Of a stretch of DNA of 32,000 nucleotides, positions 29,301 through 32,000 are shown one piece after another (the stretch's first letter is position 1; every line of letters starts with the position of its first letter). Source of the DNA: Psychrobacter sp. HD31 (GTDB taxonomy: Bacteria; Pseudomonadota; Gammaproteobacteria; Pseudomonadales; Moraxellaceae); NCBI RefSeq assembly GCF_051097895.1, contig NZ_CP142525.1, positions 240,001 through 272,000 on the forward strand, in the 5' to 3' direction. The position numbers and the translations under genes are program-made. Below the pieces are notes generated by a model. That model was not told the origin of the DNA and did not search any database. It saw nothing but the letters and a program-made list of their open reading frames with translations.

Positions 29301-29530
29301 CGTTTCCATTGGGAAACATTAAAAACAAATGCTATGGGTTTTGTAACGTTTATATCTTTTATTATTTTATTTACTTTTGTAATATCATGGTTAATAGATT
29401 GTCGAAATGATTCAACATCTTCTAATAAACCTAAAGCACCCTTTTTTTTAACAGTTAGATATGAACTTTTACTTTTAGCTGACGTTACTTGTAGGAATTT
29501 TTTACTAAATCGACGAATAGGTAATTGCAT
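26333..29530 (-). CDS. 1065-aa multidomain protein: N-terminal KpsC/KpsS-type (Capsule_synth) beta-Kdo transferase domain plus a roughly 650-aa C-terminal region of unknown family; candidate Kdo-polysaccharide synthase
   Basis: Residues about 90-400 carry [61 protein letters not shown] and LYPRY, the motif order I recall from KpsC/KpsS/LipA/LipB. I see no motif I recognise in the rest. G+C is about 28-35%. It is the first gene of the operon. Confidence 0.7.
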   Translation of the reverse strand: [1065 protein letters not shown]

Positions 29531-29913
29531 ATAAATTATATCTCATTAATTAACACTATCTATCTATTAAACATTGTAAATATGACGCTATTGTTAATAA
29601 TATATGAAATATTTATGACTAAAATAAAAAAACTACTATTGAGTTAGCAAGAGAAATTATTTGCAATAACAAACTCTTGTATAGTTTAGGTATGATAATA
29701 TTTAAATAGTGAGACTTAGGGCTTTGTACTGCTTGGTTGAAGCTACCTTCTACAATTACTACTTGCTGTTGAGTCAAACGTTTGTGTTAGCTTTTGTTGA
29801 AAATAAATTTATGAATTGACGAATTATGAAATTAAAGAATGAATAGTAAAGTATGATTAATACTATCAATAGGATATTATGATTAAGTCGTATTAATACA
29901 AATTTTCTTTCTT

Positions 29914-30728
29914 ATGTGAGGTTTTTTTTGGTCAAAAAACAACTATTTTTTCTACTAGAAAATAAAAAAGAACGTTATAAACGTTCTTTTTTAGTATCAG
30001 CTAACAAGTCAATAGACAGCTAAAATATATTGTTATTTTAGTTGATTGACTTGCTCGACGGTGCCAACCTTGGCAGTGCTTGATAAGCGTGCTGGATTAC
30101 CATGGTTTTCTATTGGCTTTTTATCACTGGTATAATAGGGGGTTTTAGGTGCGATAAAGGCAACTGGCTTCTTATGATTGGGTACAGTGAGTGTCACCGG
30201 CGTATCGATTGTTACCCCACCACCTAACGCTTGGTACAATTGAACTTGGCTCATTGCCTTCGCTTTTTCAAGATTTAAAATACTCTGTTGGCTACTAAAC
30301 TCTGAGCGTTGTGCATCTAAAACTGATAAATAACTGTCTAAACCTGCTTTATAACGAGCATCCGCAATGGTATACATCTGTTGAAAGTTATCTTGCAATC
30401 TATACTGTGTTTCTAAACGTTCTTCTAATGTTGCACGTGCTGCCAAAACATCTGCAACTTCTTTAAAAGCGGCTTGAATACTTTTTTCATAGCCTGTTAA
30501 GGCTTGTTTGCGTGCAATTTGTGCAACTTGATAATTTGCATCTAGCTGACCTGCATCAAACAAAGGAACACTGATAGATGGCCCAAAAGACCAACCAAAT
30601 GCAGATGTTTTAAATAGCTGTTTTAGGTTGGTGCTAGAATAGCCCATACGCCCAGTTAAGCTGATTGAAGGAAAATAATTTGCACGGGCTACGGCGATAT
30701 TTGCCCCAGCGGCTTTTAGTTTGTATTC
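29914..30728. repeat. right copy of the direct repeat (part of the intact OMF gene and its terminator)
   Basis: See the left copy. The copy-specific patch here is 27 nt (29931-29957), versus 24 nt (22275-22298) on the left. Confidence 0.95.
29964..29992. terminator. bidirectional terminator downstream of the OMF gene; a degenerate copy lies at 22305-22333
   Basis: aaaaaagaacgtt ata aacgttctttttt is a perfect 13-bp stem. The left copy has c instead of t at 22316, which breaks one base pair. Confidence 0.7.
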
Positions 30729-31685
30729 AGCTTGCAGTACATCTGGTCTATAGTATAAAAGCTCACTTGGTAACCCAGCACTAAATACTTTGTGATTGGT
30801 GATGTTGCTAACGTGTGGGGCAGGGTATAAGTTTTCTGGCACAGGTGAGCCAATCAAGTATTGCATGGCATTACGCAATTGCAGTAGGCTGGTTTGCGCA
30901 TTGTAAGCTGCTAGTTTGGCATTTTGTAGTAGTGACTCTGCTTGTAGCGAAGGTGCTTTAGAGTCTATCCCCGCATTAAAGCGAGCTTTTGTAATTTGTA
31001 ATGACTTTTGACGGCTATTAACGGTAGACTCTGCCAATTGTAATTGTGCTAGGGCATAGCTATAGTTTACATAGGTTTGTGCAATGGTGCTAATAAGGCT
31101 AATTTGGGCAGCATCTTTCGCTGCTGTTGTACCTAAATAAGTTTGTAAAGCTTGATCTTTTAAATTGGCAATTTTACCCCAAAAATCAAACTCATAGTTT
31201 GCCATGCCAAGGTTTACATTAAAGGCAGATGATGAGTTTTTATCCCTTGCATTTGTTGCTAAGCGATTTGCACCACCAGTAATATTGGCACGAGGTATAT
31301 TTGAAATTTGAGTAATTTGATACTGTGCTTCGGCAGATTTTACGGCCAAAATGGCGGATTCTAAATCCTTATTGTTTTGTAAAGCGATTGAAATAAGCGC
31401 TTTTAACTTTGGATCACTATAGTAATCTTGCCAACGTTCTGCGGCGACACTAGGCTGATTTGCCTGACTCACGGTTTTGTTATCCATCGCAGTGAGCTGA
31501 TAAGGTTGGTTAATTGGCAGATTGGGTTCTGCTAAAACTTGATTAGGTTGCTGACTAGGTGGAATGCGATTTTCAAACGTTTTTGTTAAGGTCGAGCATG
31601 CTGTTAAACTAAGGACAGCAGTGGCTACAACAAGTGGTTTGATAGCAGCCGTTGGACTGATAGTTTTGATGATTACAGTATTCAT
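30033..31685 (-). CDS. RND efflux outer-membrane factor lipoprotein (OprM/AdeK/TolC family), 550 aa
   Basis: Lipobox is LSLTAC. It has two OEP repeats with characteristic coiled-coil segments and lies directly downstream of the RND permease gene. Confidence 0.9.
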   Translation of the reverse strand: MNTVIIKTISPTAAIKPLVVATAVLSLTACSTLTKTFENRIPPSQQPNQVLAEPNLPINQPYQLTAMDNKTVSQANQPSVAAERWQDYYSDPKLKALISIALQNNKDLESAILAVKSAEAQYQITQISNIPRANITGGANRLATNARDKNSSSAFNVNLGMANYEFDFWGKIANLKDQALQTYLGTTAAKDAAQISLISTIAQTYVNYSYALAQLQLAESTVNSRQKSLQITKARFNAGIDSKAPSLQAESLLQNAKLAAYNAQTSLLQLRNAMQYLIGSPVPENLYPAPHVSNITNHKVFSAGLPSELLYYRPDVLQAEYKLKAAGANIAVARANYFPSISLTGRMGYSSTNLKQLFKTSAFGWSFGPSISVPLFDAGQLDANYQVAQIARKQALTGYEKSIQAAFKEVADVLAARATLEERLETQYRLQDNFQQMYTIADARYKAGLDSYLSVLDAQRSEFSSQQSILNLEKAKAMSQVQLYQALGGGVTIDTPVTLTVPNHKKPVAFIAPKTPYYTSDKKPIENHGNPARLSSTAKVGTVEQVNQLK

Positions 31686-31766
31686 ATTGTACTCTCTTTA
31701 CAACTTTTTAAGCATTGGCTAACTTTAATAAATGCTCAAAGAGTTTTGTTAGATTTATTGCTGTTT

Positions 31767-32000
31767 TTATAATTGCGTATTATTACTTGCTATTTTAGCA
31801 GTTTGTTTATTTTGGTTGGGTAAATTTGTACCGTCTGAGTCATTGGTGTTTTTATTAACACGATTGTTTTTTTTGTACGGAAAAATTGAGCGTACCCAAA
31901 TATAGAACATAGGGATAAACAACACACCTAATAATGTTGCACTGATAACACCGCCCAAGACGCTGGTACCAATAGCAGTTTGCGAGCCAGAACCTGCCCC
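31767..32000 (-). CDS. RND (AcrB/AdeJ/MexB-type) inner-membrane permease, last 77 codons (5' part lies beyond the window end)
   Basis: The frame is open to base 32000: GAGSGSQTAIGTSVLGGVISATLLGVLFIPMFYIWVRSIF... This is the conserved TM12 end of HAE1 pumps. The track shows only an internal Met. Confidence 0.85.
   Translation of the reverse strand, partial: GAGSGSQTAIGTSVLGGVISATLLGVLFIPMFYIWVRSIFPYKKNNRVNKNTNDSDGTNLPNQNKQTAKIASNNTQL

Noticed and set aside
29442-29449. Homopolymeric A8/T8 tracts as phase-variation switches, found in the transferase gene (29442-29449, 27212-27219) and in the ATPase gene (7132-7139, 8091-8098, 8366-8373)
   Set aside because: Such runs are frequent in these AT-rich genes and simply encode Lys-Lys-Lys or Phe-Phe. 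Length 8 is borderline, and one sequence gives no evidence of length variation. It would need population or read-level data.
29740-29750. ops/JUMPstart-like element (minus strand GAAGGTAGCTT) about 210 nt upstream of the cassette operon
   Set aside because: Only 8 of 11 positions match the GGCGGTAGCGT consensus as I recall it, and the C at position 3 is missing. This could easily be chance, and I cannot tell whether the host has RfaH.

Overview
This is a chromosomal window from a gammaproteobacterium. Gene content and roughly 40% G+C suggest Moraxellaceae, but that is only an impression without a database search. The backbone is ordinary housekeeping: carB and carA, a gamma-carbonic-anhydrase-like protein, a HAD-IB hydrolase, prfB with its +1 frameshift, nspC plus carboxynorspermidine synthase, an EamA transporter, a D-cysteine-desulfhydrase-family enzyme, lpxH, ppiB, glnS, an HTH-fused AlaA-type aminotransferase, tRNA-Val and tRNA-Asp, and the end of an RND efflux operon. 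Four visibly AT-richer insertions interrupt this backbone. (1) A lipoprotein gene is wedged between carA and carB. (2) A single-gene island of about 2.7 kb encodes an AAA_13/RloC-like ABC ATPase with Walker A, a coiled coil with CxxC, the ABC signature, Walker B, and a PrrC-like R-x3-E...H tail. Its N-terminus is cut by an in-frame TGA 36 codons after the only start codon that has a Shine-Dalgarno. (3) An orphan 5-TM protein gene (about 20-27% G+C) splits the two polyamine genes. (4) A 7.66-kb four-gene cassette encodes KpsF, KdsA, a KdsB-KdsC fusion and a 1065-aa protein. That protein has a KpsC/KpsS-type beta-Kdo transferase domain followed by about 650 aa I cannot assign. The cassette is bracketed by 771-bp direct repeats (769/771 identical) made of the 3' end and terminator of the efflux outer-membrane-factor gene, immediately downstream of tRNA-Asp. 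No integrase, transposase, CRISPR array or rRNA is present. All functional calls come from motif recognition by eye, with no BLAST or HMM run.
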